In this document: positions 51,602 to 62,803 of the stretch, in pieces
How positions within the stretch are numbered: position 1 is the first letter of the stretch
Layout of the letters: each line of letters opens with the position of its first letter
Assembly: GCA_902602845.1 (NCBI GenBank)
Contig: CACKSN010000002.1
Span: forward strand, 11,303-75,302
Direction of reading: 5' to 3'
DNA length: 64,000 nt
DNA from: an uncultured Alphaproteobacteria bacterium
GTDB lineage: Bacteria; Pseudomonadota; Alphaproteobacteria; HIMB59; GCA-002718135
The notes under the pieces: model-generated
What the model saw: the letters and a program-made list of their open reading frames with translations, nothing else
What the model was told of the DNA's origin: nothing
Databases searched by the model: none
Made by a program: the position numbers and the translations under genes

Positions 51602-54600
51602 TTTCAACAAGCAGATCTTTTGCTTCCACATTATCACCAGATGCAACATTAATGGATTTGATTGTTCCACTTTTATCAGCGTTTATTGTAGTTTCCATTT
51701 TCATGGCTTCGATCACTAGTAACTTATCACCCTTAATAACTTTGCTACCTGATTGAACAAATATTTTTGCAACCTGACCTGGTAAAGGTGATCCGATATG
51801 TTCCGAATTATTATCATCTGCTTTCGCTCTTTGTGTTATATTTTTTGAAAATTCTTTATTTTCTATATCAATTGTTCTTGGTTGTCCGTTAATTTCAAAA
51901 AAAACAGAGCACTTACCATTGCTATTAACTTCACTTTTTGCTAAGTATCGTAATATAAGATTTTTTCCTTTATCAATTTCTATCGTGTATTCTTTATCCT
52001 GTTGAGGACCATAAAAAAATAATTCTGTTGAAAGAATTGATGTATCACTGAACTCCTTAAAGTGATCAACATAATCTTTAAAAACTTTTGGATACATTAA
52101 GTAAGACGCTAAATGTGTTTGATTAATTTCCATCCCTATTTCATCTTCTAAATTTTTGGCTTCTTTGTCTAAATCAACTGACTCTAAAACTTCACCTGGT
52201 CTTTGAGTTAAAGGTTTTATATCTCCAAGAACTTTCTTTTGAAGTTCTTTTGGAAAACCTCCATGTGGTATACCAATTTCCCCTTTAAAGAACTCAATGA
52301 CAGATGCAGGAAAAGAGATTTCTTTTTTTGGATCTAATACATCTTCTTTAGATAAATCATTAGCAATCATATAAAGCGCCATATCGCCTACAATTTTTGA
52401 AGAAGGGGTTACCTTCACAATATCACCAAAAAGTTGGTTTACCTCTGCATATTTATTAGCAACCATTCCCCACTTATCAGTTGTAATTCCTAAAGATCTG
52501 GCTTGTTCTTTTAAATTCGTAAACTGACCACCAGGCATTTGGTGAAGATACACGTCAGAGCTTCCACCTTTAAAGTCAGTTTCAAAAGCATGATAATTTT
52601 GACGTACCTGCTCCCAATATAAAGATAGTGTTCTTATTGATTCTTCATCAAGATGCGGATCTTGATTATTTTGTTTCATTATAGATACGATTGAACCAAG
52701 CGCAGGTTGTGATGTTAATCCACTCATCGAGTCAATCGCAAGATCAACTATATCTACCTTTTCTTCAATAGCAGCAAGAACTGAAGCTGATGAAGTTCCA
52801 GATGTATCGTGAGTATGGAAATGGATTGGAAGAGCAGTTGTTTGTTTAATTTCGTTAACTAATTTTTTTATAGCATTAGGTTTTGCTAGTCCCGCCATAT
52901 CTTTAATGGCAATTATATGTGCGCCTGCTTTTTCTAAATCTTTAACAAGATCAATGTAATATTTTAATGTATATTTTTTCTCATTTAGATCAGTTACATC
53001 ATTTGTATAACATATAGTTCCTTCACAAATTTTATTTTGATTACATACTTCATCAATTGCAACACGCATATTATCAATTAAGTTTAATGAGTCAAAAACT
53101 CGGAATACATCAATCCCAGCTTGAGCTGATTGTTGAATGAAATGTTTAACAACGTTATCTGGATAATTTTTATATCCAACAGCATTAGATCCTCTAAAGA
53201 GCATTTGTTTAAGAAGGTTTGGGGCCCTTTTGTTTAACCTTGCTAATCTATCCCAAGGATCCTCTTTTAAAAAACGCATCGATGTATCAAAGGTTGCGCC
53301 ACCCCAACATTCTAATGAGAATAAATTGCTTAGATTTTCACTATAATATTCAGCAATGTTAATAAGATCATCAGTTCTCATTCTTGTAGCAAGAAGCGAT
53401 TGGTGTGCATCACGCATCGTTGTGTCAGTAATTAGGGTGAAAGGTGTTTCTTTTATTTTTTTTGCGAATTTTTCTGGACCTAAAGTTTGTAAGTCTTTTA
53501 CATAATTGTTTTTTTCACTTTTAATATTTGAAGTAGGAATTTGAACCTCTACAGTCGAATTACTGCTGACTCTTCCAGATATATCATTGTGTCCATTTAC
53601 AATTATATTTCCAAGATAAGATACGATTTTTGATGCTCGATCTTTTTGAGGATTATAAGCATAAAGCTCTTTTTTAGTATCCACAAAATTTGTATTGTAG
53701 TTTCCCGCAAGGAAATCTCTATTATTAATAAGGGACTCAAGAAAAACTAAATTTGTTTTAACGCCTCTAATTCTAAATTCTCGTAAAGCTCTATCCATCC
53801 TTTTAATACAATCATCTTGGTGTTTTGCCCAAGTTGTTACCTTTACAAGTAAAGAGTCATAATATGGTGTAATAATTGAACCAGAAGATGCATTAGCTGC
53901 ATCCAGTCTTACTCCAAAACCAGCTGCTGATCGATAAGTCATGATCTTTCCATAATCCGGCATAAAATTATTGAGGGGGTCTTCTGTAGTAACTCGACAT
54001 TGAATTGCATAACCATTTAGGTGAATGTCTTCTTGTTTTGGCAGTGCGGGATGACTGCCAATTTTTTCACCCTCTGCAATTTTAATCTGAGCTTTTACAA
54101 TATCAATACCAGTTACTTCTTCTGTTACTGTATGCTCAACTTGAATTCTTGGATTAACTTCGATGAAATAAAATTTACCAGATTTTTTATCAAACAAAAA
54201 TTCAACAGTTCCTGCGCCAAAATATTTTACTTGTTTTGCAATTTTAATTGCTGCATTACAAATTTCTTCTCGAGTTTTATTTTCAAGAAAATGTGCAGGT
54301 GCTCTTTCAATAATCTTTTGATGCCTTCTTTGAAGAGAGCAATCTCTTTCAAAAAGATGGATAATATTTCCGTGACTATCACCTAGAATTTGTACTTCTA
54401 TATGCGCTGCATCTTCTAAAAATTTTTCTATAAATACTTCATCTTTACCAAAAGCTTTAAGTGACTCACTTTGAGCTGTTTTAATTTGATCTATTAACTC
54501 TTTGCTTGATTTTACAACACGCATTCCTCGACCACCGCCACCCCAGCTAGCTTTAACAATTACAGGATAACCAATTTTATCAACTTCTTTTTCAACACTT

Positions 54601-55034
54601 TTTAGATTTTCCTTTGTTACTAAAACAGAAGGTACTGTTCCTACATTTGCTTCTTCAGCAACTTTTTTTGCTTCTGTTTTATTTCCAAATCTTTTTAGTA
54701 TTTCTTTACTGGGACCAATAAATTTTATGTCATTTTTTTCACACTGCTCAGCTAGTTCAGGACTTTCAGATAAAAATCCATAACCTGGGTGGATAGCATC
54801 AACATGTGCATCTTTAGCAATTTTAATTATAGAGTCTATATCTAAATATGCTTGAATTGGCCCTTTGCCTTCACCAACTAAATAACTTTCATCCGTCTTA
54901 AAACGATGAATAGCAAAACGATCTTCTTTAGAATATATAGCGGCTGTTTTAATACCAGACTCTTCTGCAGCCCTAAATATTCGAATGGCAATTTCACTTC
55001 TGTTTGCAGCTAAAATTTTACTAATCTTTTTCAT
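51594..55034 (-). CDS. pyc: Pyruvate carboxylase
   Basis: Biotin carboxylase (ANRSEIA, GGGGRGMR), carboxyltransferase (RDAHQSL, WGGATFD, HFHTHD) and biotin-attachment (EAMKM) domains; 1146 aa. Confidence 0.96.
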   Translation of the reverse strand: MKKISKILAANRSEIAIRIFRAAEESGIKTAAIYSKEDRFAIHRFKTDESYLVGEGKGPIQAYLDIDSIIKIAKDAHVDAIHPGYGFLSESPELAEQCEKNDIKFIGPSKEILKRFGNKTEAKKVAEEANVGTVPSVLVTKENLKSVEKEVDKIGYPVIVKASWGGGGRGMRVVKSSKELIDQIKTAQSESLKAFGKDEVFIEKFLEDAAHIEVQILGDSHGNIIHLFERDCSLQRRHQKIIERAPAHFLENKTREEICNAAIKIAKQVKYFGAGTVEFLFDKKSGKFYFIEVNPRIQVEHTVTEEVTGIDIVKAQIKIAEGEKIGSHPALPKQEDIHLNGYAIQCRVTTEDPLNNFMPDYGKIMTYRSAAGFGVRLDAANASSGSIITPYYDSLLVKVTTWAKHQDDCIKRMDRALREFRIRGVKTNLVFLESLINNRDFLAGNYNTNFVDTKKELYAYNPQKDRASKIVSYLGNIIVNGHNDISGRVSSNSTVEVQIPTSNIKSEKNNYVKDLQTLGPEKFAKKIKETPFTLITDTTMRDAHQSLLATRMRTDDLINIAEYYSENLSNLFSLECWGGATFDTSMRFLKEDPWDRLARLNKRAPNLLKQMLFRGSNAVGYKNYPDNVVKHFIQQSAQAGIDVFRVFDSLNLIDNMRVAIDEVCNQNKICEGTICYTNDVTDLNEKKYTLKYYIDLVKDLEKAGAHIIAIKDMAGLAKPNAIKKLVNEIKQTTALPIHFHTHDTSGTSSASVLAAIEEKVDIVDLAIDSMSGLTSQPALGSIVSIMKQNNQDPHLDEESIRTLSLYWEQVRQNYHAFETDFKGGSSDVYLHQMPGGQFTNLKEQARSLGITTDKWGMVANKYAEVNQLFGDIVKVTPSSKIVGDMALYMIANDLSKEDVLDPKKEISFPASVIEFFKGEIGIPHGGFPKELQKKVLGDIKPLTQRPGEVLESVDLDKEAKNLEDEIGMEINQTHLASYLMYPKVFKDYVDHFKEFSDTSILSTELFFYGPQQDKEYTIEIDKGKNLILRYLAKSEVNSNGKCSVFFEINGQPRTIDIENKEFSKNITQRAKADDNNSEHIGSPLPGQVAKIFVQSGSKVIKGDKLLVIEAMKMETTINADKSGTIKSINVASGDNVEAKDLLVEIS

Positions 55035-55246
55035 AAAACCACCATCTTAATAAAGATTATCTTTTATTATTTTTTTGGGGATGCATCTATATGTTCCTTA
55101 CTAAATTAGCAAGAGATCATAGGAATTTAGGCATTTTTTAGGATTTGGAGCAATTATAAATTAATAATAAACTGTAAATTATTGATTTAATATATGTGCA
55201 CATTTGTCTCTTTATCACGAAGGTTTTTTTATATTATTATAAAAAA

Positions 55247-55693
55247 ATGAATTCAATGAATGAAAATATAAGACCTTATCAAAGCTGCTCTAAATCAGTC
55301 TTCTTAATTTTAGGAATTATTTTTATAAGTTGGATTTCGTTATTCTCAATTTTTTTAATTGTACAAGGTGCTTGGCCAGTATCCATATTTCTTGGACTTG
55401 AATACTTGATAATTTTTTATTTAATTCGTTTATATTTCAAAGAAAAAAATATTAAGGATGAAATTAATATTAATCAAAAAGAAATATCTATTAAAAAATT
55501 CAAAGGTGATAAACTTTTATATTCATCCAAATTTAATACTTATTGGTCTAAAGTATTTTTTACAAAATTTAAAAATACCTCTAAATTATCTATAAAAGAA
55601 TCAGATAAAGAAACTGAAGTTGCAACTTTCTTGCATGCTGATTTAAAGGAAAGTTTGTACTTAAGAATTAAAAGACAATTAAGCTATTATTAA
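55247..55693 (+). CDS. DUF2244 family membrane protein
   Basis: Two TM segments with GAWPV..FLGLE and FN.YW motifs. Start is 55247 or 55256. Confidence 0.7.
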   Translation: MNSMNENIRPYQSCSKSVFLILGIIFISWISLFSIFLIVQGAWPVSIFLGLEYLIIFYLIRLYFKEKNIKDEININQKEISIKKFKGDKLLYSSKFNTYWSKVFFTKFKNTSKLSIKESDKETEVATFLHADLKESLYLRIKRQLSYY

Positions 55694-56493
55694 AATAACA
55701 AATTATTCATATTGAAAAGACCTGTTTTCTTTTTAGAAATAAAGATTGCTGCTTTGATGGCTCCATCTACAAAAATTGATCGATTACTAGCTTTATGAAC
55801 TAGATCAACTCTATCATTGGTACCAATAAAACTTACTGTATGTTCACCTGCAATTTCACCACCTCTTGTAACAGAAAAGCCAATGTCACCTTTTTTTCTA
55901 GATGATAGTTTTTTTGTACGATCTAAAACTTTTGATTTATTTAATTTAGTTTTTCTTCCCTCAGCTGCATATTCACCCAGAGATAATGCAGTTCCGGAAG
56001 GAGCATCTTTTTTATGTTTATGATGAGTCTCAGCAATTTCAATATCATAATCAGTATCTTTTAAAGCTGATGCTGTTTGTTTTACTAAGTTAAACAATAG
56101 GTTAACGCCCAAACTCATGTTAGAAGACATGAGTATAGGTATTTTTTTAGAATAACTTTTTACTTTCTTTTTTTGTGCATCCGTCATTCCGGTTGTGCCA
56201 ATAACAACTGCTGTTTTATTTGCAGAGGCGATCTTAAGATTATCTAACGTAGACTCAGGTGTTGTAAAATCAATGATGACGTTTGCTTCTTTGATTAACT
56301 GAGCTGCATTAGCTGTAACTAATTTTGCAGAGTGTATACTTGAAACTTTGTTTAAAGGTTTGTTTATATCTTTATGTTTTTTGTGTTCAAAACCACCGAC
56401 AAATTCTAAATTTTTATTTTGTAAAATTTGTTTCGATATTTCCTGACCCATTCGGCCAAGACAACCTGCAACTGCTATTTTAATTTTTGCCAT
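55690..56493 (-). CDS. dapB: 4-hydroxy-tetrahydrodipicolinate reductase
   Basis: GCLGRMG, IDFT, GTTG, NMSLGV, ETHHKHKKDAPSGTA and GEH motifs. Confidence 0.95.
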   Translation of the reverse strand: MAKIKIAVAGCLGRMGQEISKQILQNKNLEFVGGFEHKKHKDINKPLNKVSSIHSAKLVTANAAQLIKEANVIIDFTTPESTLDNLKIASANKTAVVIGTTGMTDAQKKKVKSYSKKIPILMSSNMSLGVNLLFNLVKQTASALKDTDYDIEIAETHHKHKKDAPSGTALSLGEYAAEGRKTKLNKSKVLDRTKKLSSRKKGDIGFSVTRGGEIAGEHTVSFIGTNDRVDLVHKASNRSIFVDGAIKAAIFISKKKTGLFNMNNLLF

Positions 56494-56534
56494 AGAAACA
56501 TCTTATACTTTGGTGATTGTAAGTTGAAAAGAAA

Positions 56535-57668
56535 TTAAGTTAAATCTTCCCAGACTTCTTTTAATTTTGAGAAAAAACCTTGCGATTTTGGGCTATGTTT
56601 TTTTGATGTCCCACCTTCATTTTCAAACTCTCTCAAAATATCTCTTTGTTTGCTATTTAGGTTGACTGGTATTTCAACGTTTGCTTGCACATACATATCT
56701 CCGCGTCTGCTTTGTCGTAGAATGCTCATTCCTTTGCCGCGAAGTCTAAATTGTGTCTCAGATTGAGTTCCCGCTGGAATATTAAGTCTGGCTTTTTTTC
56801 CCTCGATAGTTGGTACTTCTATTTCACCGCCTAAAATAGCAGTAGTAATTGAAATTGGTATTTCACAAAATAAATTCTCTTCTTCTCTTTCAAAAAGTTT
56901 ATCCTTTTGAACCTCGACAAAAATATACAGATCTCCATTTCCTGCACCTCTTTCACCAGGTTCTCCTTCACCAGCTATTCGAATTCTTGTACCCGTGTCA
57001 ACACCAGCAGGAATAGTAACAGAAATTGTTTTTTGCTTTTTTATATTCCCTGTTCCTGAACATTTCAGACATGGATTTTTTATACTTGAACCTTCTCCAC
57101 CACATGTAGGACATGGTCTTTCAATTGAAAAGAATCCTTGTTGAGATCGAACTTTTCCTGCACCACCACAAGTAGAACAAGTACTTGGTCCAGATTTATC
57201 TGCACTTCCAGTTGCTGCACAAGCATCACAGCCAACGTATGTAGGTATTCTTATTTGTGGTTTTTTACCCGTAAAGGCTTCATAAAGTGAAACAGACATG
57301 TTATAACGAAGGTCACTTCCTCTTTGTGGACCTCTTCTTCTTGATGATTGTCCTCCAAACCCTCCACCAAAGAACTCTTCAAAGATATCAGAAAAGCCAC
57401 CTGCAAAATCTCCAAAGCCTTGCGCTCCACCCATTCCACCTTGTTTGAAAGCGTCATGTCCATATTGATCATAAGCCGATCTTTTTTCTGAATCTTTTAA
57501 AACTTCATAAGCAGCAGCTGCTTCTTTAAATTTTCTTTCAGCAGTTTTATCGTCCTTATTACGGTCTGGATGATATTTCATGGCTTGCTTTCTATAAGCT
57601 TTTTTAATTTCATCATCACTGGCATTTCGTTGAACGCCTAGTATCTCATAGAAATCTTTATCAGCCAC
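56535..57668 (-). CDS. dnaJ: Chaperone DnaJ
   Basis: J domain with HPD, a G/F-rich region and four CxxCxGxG-type repeats. Confidence 0.97.
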   Translation of the reverse strand: MADKDFYEILGVQRNASDDEIKKAYRKQAMKYHPDRNKDDKTAERKFKEAAAAYEVLKDSEKRSAYDQYGHDAFKQGGMGGAQGFGDFAGGFSDIFEEFFGGGFGGQSSRRRGPQRGSDLRYNMSVSLYEAFTGKKPQIRIPTYVGCDACAATGSADKSGPSTCSTCGGAGKVRSQQGFFSIERPCPTCGGEGSSIKNPCLKCSGTGNIKKQKTISVTIPAGVDTGTRIRIAGEGEPGERGAGNGDLYIFVEVQKDKLFEREEENLFCEIPISITTAILGGEIEVPTIEGKKARLNIPAGTQSETQFRLRGKGMSILRQSRRGDMYVQANVEIPVNLNSKQRDILREFENEGGTSKKHSPKSQGFFSKLKEVWEDLT

Positions 57669-57697
57669 ATCTCCTCCTTATTAAAAATTATGGAGCG

Positions 57698-59620
57698 TTA
57701 ATCTTTTTTATCTTCGTCTACTTCTTCAAATTCAGCATCTACAACCTTTTCGTCTTTTGTATTATCAGCTGATGGTTCAGCACCAGATGGATCAGGTTGA
57801 GGTCCAGCACCTTGAGGGTTTTGTTTGTAAATTGCTTCACCCATTTTCAAAGACGATTGAACTAGTGCTTCTGTTTTAGATTTTATAGCTTCTAAATCTT
57901 CGCCGTCTTTTACTTTTTTAAGCTCTTCAATATCTTCTGTGATTTTATTTCTATCAGCTTCAGGAATTTTATCTCCATGCTCTTTTAAGTTCTTTTCAGT
58001 TTCATTAATTAAACTATCAGCATGGTTTCTAGTATCAACAGCTTCTCTTTTCTTTTTGTCAGCTTCGGCATTTTCTTCTGCTTCTTTGACCATTTTTTCA
58101 ATCTCTTCATCTGATAATCCACCAGAAGCCTGGATTTTGATTTGTTGTTCTTTACCAGTTGATTTGTCTTTAGCTGAAACATTTACAATACCGTTCGCAT
58201 CAATATCAAAAGTTACTTCAATTTGAGGCATTCCTCTTGCGGCAGGTGGAATACCTACTAAATCAAACTGACCTAGTAATTTGTTATCAGCAGCCATTTC
58301 TCTTTCACCTTGAAATACTCTAATTGTTACTGCACTCTGATTATCTTCAGCTGTAGAAAATACCTGGCTCTTCTTTGTTGGGATAGTTGTGTTTTTATCA
58401 ATTAGTTTTGTGAATACACCGCCAAGTGTTTCAATACCAAGTGATAAAGGTGTAACATCAAGTAATAATACATCTTTGACATCACCTTGTAATACACCTG
58501 CTTGAATAGCAGCACCAGATGCTACAACTTCATCTGGGTTAACACCTTTGTTAGGCTCTTTACCAAAGAAGTTTTTTACTATCTCTGTTACTTTAGGCAT
58601 TCTTGTCATACCACCAACTAAAATAACATCATCGATTTCAGCAGCTTGTAAACCGGCATCTTTAAGTGCCATTTCGCAAGGTTTTAAACTTTGGTTTAAA
58701 AGTTCGCCTACGATAGCTTCAAGTTTTGCTCTCGATAACTTAATTGTTAAATGTTTAGGACCAGATTGATCGGCTGTTATGAATGGTAAGTTAACTTCTG
58801 TTTCGGTTGAACTTGATAATTCAATTTTTGCTTTCTCAGCAGCCTCTTTCAAACGTTGAAGGGCGAGTTTATCTGATCGTAAATCAATACCATTATCTTT
58901 TTTGAATTCGTCAGCAAGATAATCAATAATCTTAAGATCAAAATCTTCACCACCAAGATGCGTATCACCATTGGTTGATTTAACTTCAAAAACACCGTCA
59001 CCAATTTCTAAGATAGAAATATCAAATGTACCTCCACCAAGATCGTAAACAGCAACTGTACCTGTTTTCTTTTTATCTAAACCATATGCTAACGCTGCAG
59101 CAGTAGGCTCGTTAATAATTCTTAAAACTTCTAGTCCAGCTATTTTTCCAGCATCTTTTGTTGCTTGTCTTTGAGCATCATTAAAATATGCAGGAACTGT
59201 TATAACTGCTTGTGTAACAGTATCTCCTAAATAAGACTCTGCTGTCTCTTTCATTTTTTGTAAGATAAATGCACTAATTTGACTTGGACTATATTTATCT
59301 CCACGTGCTTCTACCCAAGCATCACCGTTATCACCTTTTACTATTTTATAAGGCACTAGTCCGCTGTCAGACTTAACAGCTTCATCCTCGAATGTTCTTC
59401 CAATTAATCTTTTTATGGCAAATAAAGTATTTTCAGAATTAGTTACTGCTTGTCTTTTAGCTGATTGTCCAACAAGTTTTTCTTTTGTGTCACTGAACGC
59501 CACCATTGATGGTGTTGTTCTTCCACCTTCAGAGTTTTCAATTACTTTTGCTTCCTTACCGTCCATTACTGCAACGCAGGAGTTTGTAGTACCTAAATCA
59601 ATACCAATTACTTTTGCCAT
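57698..59620 (-). CDS. dnaK: Chaperone DnaK
   Basis: [25 protein letters not shown] and VDAEFEEV motifs. Confidence 0.98.
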   Translation of the reverse strand: MAKVIGIDLGTTNSCVAVMDGKEAKVIENSEGGRTTPSMVAFSDTKEKLVGQSAKRQAVTNSENTLFAIKRLIGRTFEDEAVKSDSGLVPYKIVKGDNGDAWVEARGDKYSPSQISAFILQKMKETAESYLGDTVTQAVITVPAYFNDAQRQATKDAGKIAGLEVLRIINEPTAAALAYGLDKKKTGTVAVYDLGGGTFDISILEIGDGVFEVKSTNGDTHLGGEDFDLKIIDYLADEFKKDNGIDLRSDKLALQRLKEAAEKAKIELSSSTETEVNLPFITADQSGPKHLTIKLSRAKLEAIVGELLNQSLKPCEMALKDAGLQAAEIDDVILVGGMTRMPKVTEIVKNFFGKEPNKGVNPDEVVASGAAIQAGVLQGDVKDVLLLDVTPLSLGIETLGGVFTKLIDKNTTIPTKKSQVFSTAEDNQSAVTIRVFQGEREMAADNKLLGQFDLVGIPPAARGMPQIEVTFDIDANGIVNVSAKDKSTGKEQQIKIQASGGLSDEEIEKMVKEAEENAEADKKKREAVDTRNHADSLINETEKNLKEHGDKIPEADRNKITEDIEELKKVKDGEDLEAIKSKTEALVQSSLKMGEAIYKQNPQGAGPQPDPSGAEPSADNTKDEKVVDAEFEEVDEDKKD

Positions 59621-59672
59621 ATTTTTTATCCTCTTTACTTAATTATTTACCAATCAACATTGGCTACATTAA

Positions 59673-59700
59673 ATATGGGAAAGAAGTTTTAAAATACAAG
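59673..59700 (-). promoter_or_regulatory. Sigma32 (RpoH) promoter of dnaKJ
   Basis: Minus strand CTTGTA-N15-CCCATAT. Confidence 0.7.
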
Positions 59701-59745
59701 GATGTTTGGGATTTATATTAAAAAAAACAAATAATTTAAGGCTTT

Positions 59746-60417
59746 TTATGACTTTTCTTTACTCTCATTTTCAGGTTTATCTTCTTCGCTGTCTTGTTTA
59801 GGTTGTTCTTTTTTAGCGACTGGTTTTTTGGAAACTCCAACCATTGCTGCTCTGAGCAATCGGTCATGCATTGTATAGCCAGATTGAACTTCTTGTACTA
59901 CTGTTCCTTCTTCAACATCATTATTTTCAACTTCCATCATTGCCTGATGAAAATTGTGATCAAATTTTTGATTTAAAGTTTCAATTTTTTTGACTCCATG
60001 TTTTTCAAGAGTACTTTTATATTCTTTAAGCACCATTTTTAAACCATCGATAAGATTTTTTATACTTTCTGAATGATTTTCATCCTCTGGCAAAGCATCT
60101 AGTGCTCTCTCTAAATTATCTCCCGGTGATAGAATATCTCTTGCTAAATTTATACTGCCAAACTTTATCGTTTCAACTTTTTCTCGTTCAAATCTTTTTC
60201 TAAGATTTTCCATTTCAGCGAGTAATCTGATTTTTTCTTCTTTTAGTGTTTCAATTTCTTTTTCTAAATTATCTTCTTCTTTATTTTCATCTTCCTTTGT
60301 CTCTTCTATATCTATATTTTCTTGACTATCGTTATTATCTTGTTCATTTTCAATATTCTCAGAATCAGGTTCTTTAATTTCTTCTTGTTGGTTATCTTGT
60401 TCTTTTTTCTCAACCAT
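59746..60417 (-). CDS. grpE: Nucleotide exchange factor GrpE
   Basis: AEMENLRKR, DNLERAL, FDHNFHQAM and GY...DRLLRAAMV motifs. Confidence 0.95.
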   Translation of the reverse strand: MVEKKEQDNQQEEIKEPDSENIENEQDNNDSQENIDIEETKEDENKEEDNLEKEIETLKEEKIRLLAEMENLRKRFEREKVETIKFGSINLARDILSPGDNLERALDALPEDENHSESIKNLIDGLKMVLKEYKSTLEKHGVKKIETLNQKFDHNFHQAMMEVENNDVEEGTVVQEVQSGYTMHDRLLRAAMVGVSKKPVAKKEQPKQDSEEDKPENESKEKS

Positions 60418-61463
60418 TAATCAATCACCTTTCCAATAATTTTAGACGTATAATCAACAAGAGGGACTATTTTGGAGTAATTTAATCTTGTTGGACCAAC
60501 TACGCCTATAGCGCCTATGATTTCTTGATCATTATTTTTATATGGGGCCATTACCATAGAAAGACCAGAGTGTTTAAATAAAAAATTTTTAGATCCAATA
60601 AAAATCTGTACTCCTTTAGCTTTTCCTGCATTATCTAATATATCTACGAAACTAGATTTTTTCTCAATTTCATCAAAAAGATTTCGAATTTGATCTAAAT
60701 CTTTTGAAACTATTTCATCTTTTAATAAATTTGATTGACCATGTAAAAAAATATAAGGATTTTTAATATTTGGAGTTGTCTGAATTATACCTTGTTGAAT
60801 TAATCTCGAAGAAATTGAATCTAATTTATTTTCTGAGTGTTTTATGTCCTTTTGTAGGTATTTTTTGATTTGTGATATGTTTTTGTTTGTAAATTTTGAT
60901 GTAAGATAATTAGAAGCTTGAACTAATAAAGACGCGTTATACTTTCCATTATCTTCAATAATTCTATTTTCAACCTCTCCATTTTCATATGCTAATATTA
61001 ACATTAACTGAGCCTGATTTAGTCTTATAAACTCAAGGTGTTTTAGGTTTTTTTGAAATTTTGGTGCAATGACAATTCCTGCATAATTTGACAAACCGGA
61101 TATAGCTTTAGATGCTAAATTTAATACTTCCTCGTATGATTTTCCTTTGGATGTACATTGTTGTTTAATATTTTCTTTATCTGATTTTGTAATTCTACCA
61201 AATTCTAAAAGACCATCTACAAAAAAACGCATTCCTTTCTCTGTGGGCATTCTTCCGGCTGACCTGTGAGGAGCATAAAGAAGGCCTTCTTTTTGAAGAT
61301 CAGACAAGATTGATCTTATTGATGCTGAGGAGAGGTTAACGCCTCCCATTTTCATAATTGTCTCTGATCCGGCTGGTGAGCCTGTCTTAAGATAAGACTC
61401 CACTAATTTTTTAAAAATCAGTTTAGACCTATCGTTTATTTCTGCATATAAATTATCAATCAT
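60417..61463 (-). CDS. hrcA: Heat-inducible transcription repressor
   Basis: YLKTGSPAGS, SSASIR, PHRSAGRMPT and GVVGPTRLNY motifs. Confidence 0.93.
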   Translation of the reverse strand: MIDNLYAEINDRSKLIFKKLVESYLKTGSPAGSETIMKMGGVNLSSASIRSILSDLQKEGLLYAPHRSAGRMPTEKGMRFFVDGLLEFGRITKSDKENIKQQCTSKGKSYEEVLNLASKAISGLSNYAGIVIAPKFQKNLKHLEFIRLNQAQLMLILAYENGEVENRIIEDNGKYNASLLVQASNYLTSKFTNKNISQIKKYLQKDIKHSENKLDSISSRLIQQGIIQTTPNIKNPYIFLHGQSNLLKDEIVSKDLDQIRNLFDEIEKKSSFVDILDNAGKAKGVQIFIGSKNFLFKHSGLSMVMAPYKNNDQEIIGAIGVVGPTRLNYSKIVPLVDYTSKIIGKVID

Positions 61464-61512
61464 AAGAATTTATTGTTTAAAATTAATTTTTATCTACTAT
61501 TATTAAATTTAT

Positions 61513-62223
61513 ATGCGAAAAGATAGATCGTTCAACGAAATGCGTCAGATTTCATTTGAAAAAAATGTAAATATGCACGCAGATGGTTCTTGTCTTGTTA
61601 AATTTGGAAATACACATGTGCTTTGTCTGGCTTCTATTGATGACAAAGTACCTCATTGGTTAAGAAATACGGGAAAGGGTTGGATAACTGCTGAATATGG
61701 AATGCTGCCAAGATCTACAAACATACGCATGGATAGAGAGGCCGCAAAGGGTAAACAGTCTGGACGTACTCAAGAAATACAGCGATTAATTGGAAGAAGC
61801 TTGAGATCTATAGTTGATTTATCAAATTTAGGCGAAAGACAAATTAAAATAGACTGCGATGTAATACAGGCTGATGGAGGTACAAGGACCGCATCAATTA
61901 GTGGTGGCTTTGTTGCCCTATATCTCGCAGTACAAAAAATACAAAATAACTATAATATTCAAAAACCAATAATTAAAAATCATATTGGTGCAATTTCTGC
62001 AGGTATTATAGACGACAAACCTTTTTTAGATTTAGATTATAATGAAGATTCTAATGCTCAAGTTGATGCAAATTTTGTAATAGCAGATAACGAAAAAATT
62101 TCTGAAATTCAGGTAACTGGTGAAGAATTTTTTTTTAGCAAAGATCAATATAATGAATTATTTTTATTAGCCAATAAAGGTATAAAAAAAATAATTGAAA
62201 TTCAAAAACAAACATTGAATTAA
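61513..62223 (+). CDS. rph: Ribonuclease PH
   Basis: [25 protein letters not shown] and [14 protein letters not shown] motifs. Confidence 0.96.
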   Translation: MRKDRSFNEMRQISFEKNVNMHADGSCLVKFGNTHVLCLASIDDKVPHWLRNTGKGWITAEYGMLPRSTNIRMDREAAKGKQSGRTQEIQRLIGRSLRSIVDLSNLGERQIKIDCDVIQADGGTRTASISGGFVALYLAVQKIQNNYNIQKPIIKNHIGAISAGIIDDKPFLDLDYNEDSNAQVDANFVIADNEKISEIQVTGEEFFFSKDQYNELFLLANKGIKKIIEIQKQTLN

Positions 62224-62224
62224 A

Positions 62225-62803
62225 TTGGAAAAATTATTATTTTTTTCTCAAAATTGTGGCAAAATAAGTGAGGTTCAAAAATTATTCAAAGGTTTAAGTA
62301 TTAATTTAATATCGTTAAAGGATTTGGATATAAAAAATCAACCAAATGAAACTGGAAAATCTTTTCCCGAAAATGCAAGAATTAAATCAATGTTTGGTTA
62401 TAAGCATTTTAATATTCCTTGTTTCGCTGATGACTCTGGCATATGTGTAGAAGCCTTAGATTGGAAGCCTGGCGTTTTGTCAAAAAATTACTTAGAGAGT
62501 TTTGAAACTAATGTTGATTGCCTAAAAAATATAATTAATCAAGTTAAGCAAACTGGTAAAAAAAAAGCTCTTTTTAAAACATCAATTTGCTTAACATTAA
62601 AAGAAAATTATCACATAGTGTTTGAAGGAAAAATAGAAGGAGAAATCTCTAGTAATATCATAGGAGGCGGGGGCTTCGGTTACGACCCAATTTTTATACC
62701 AAAAGGCCATAATGAAACATTTGCTGAAATGAGCACTTATAGAAAAAATCTTTTAAGCCATCGATCAATTGCGATAAGTAAATTAATTAATTTTTTTAGC
62801 TAA
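62225..62803 (+). CDS. rdgB: Non-canonical purine NTP pyrophosphatase
   Basis: N.GK..E, ETG.SF.ENA..K, ADDSG, GFGYDPIF and SHR motifs. Confidence 0.92.
   Translation: MEKLLFFSQNCGKISEVQKLFKGLSINLISLKDLDIKNQPNETGKSFPENARIKSMFGYKHFNIPCFADDSGICVEALDWKPGVLSKNYLESFETNVDCLKNIINQVKQTGKKKALFKTSICLTLKENYHIVFEGKIEGEISSNIIGGGGFGYDPIFIPKGHNETFAEMSTYRKNLLSHRSIAISKLINFFS

Noticed and set aside
55059-55101. Possible 9-codon leader peptide (MHPQKNNKR) with AAGGA upstream of pyc
   Set aside because: It has no attenuator structure or informative codon run, and the same bases fit a promoter (CTTG-N16-CATATA) equally well.
59621-61512. CIRCE operator for HrcA near hrcA/grpE/dnaK
   Set aside because: I saw no TTAGCACTC-N9-GAGTGCTAA in the intergenic gaps; dnaK has a sigma32 promoter instead.
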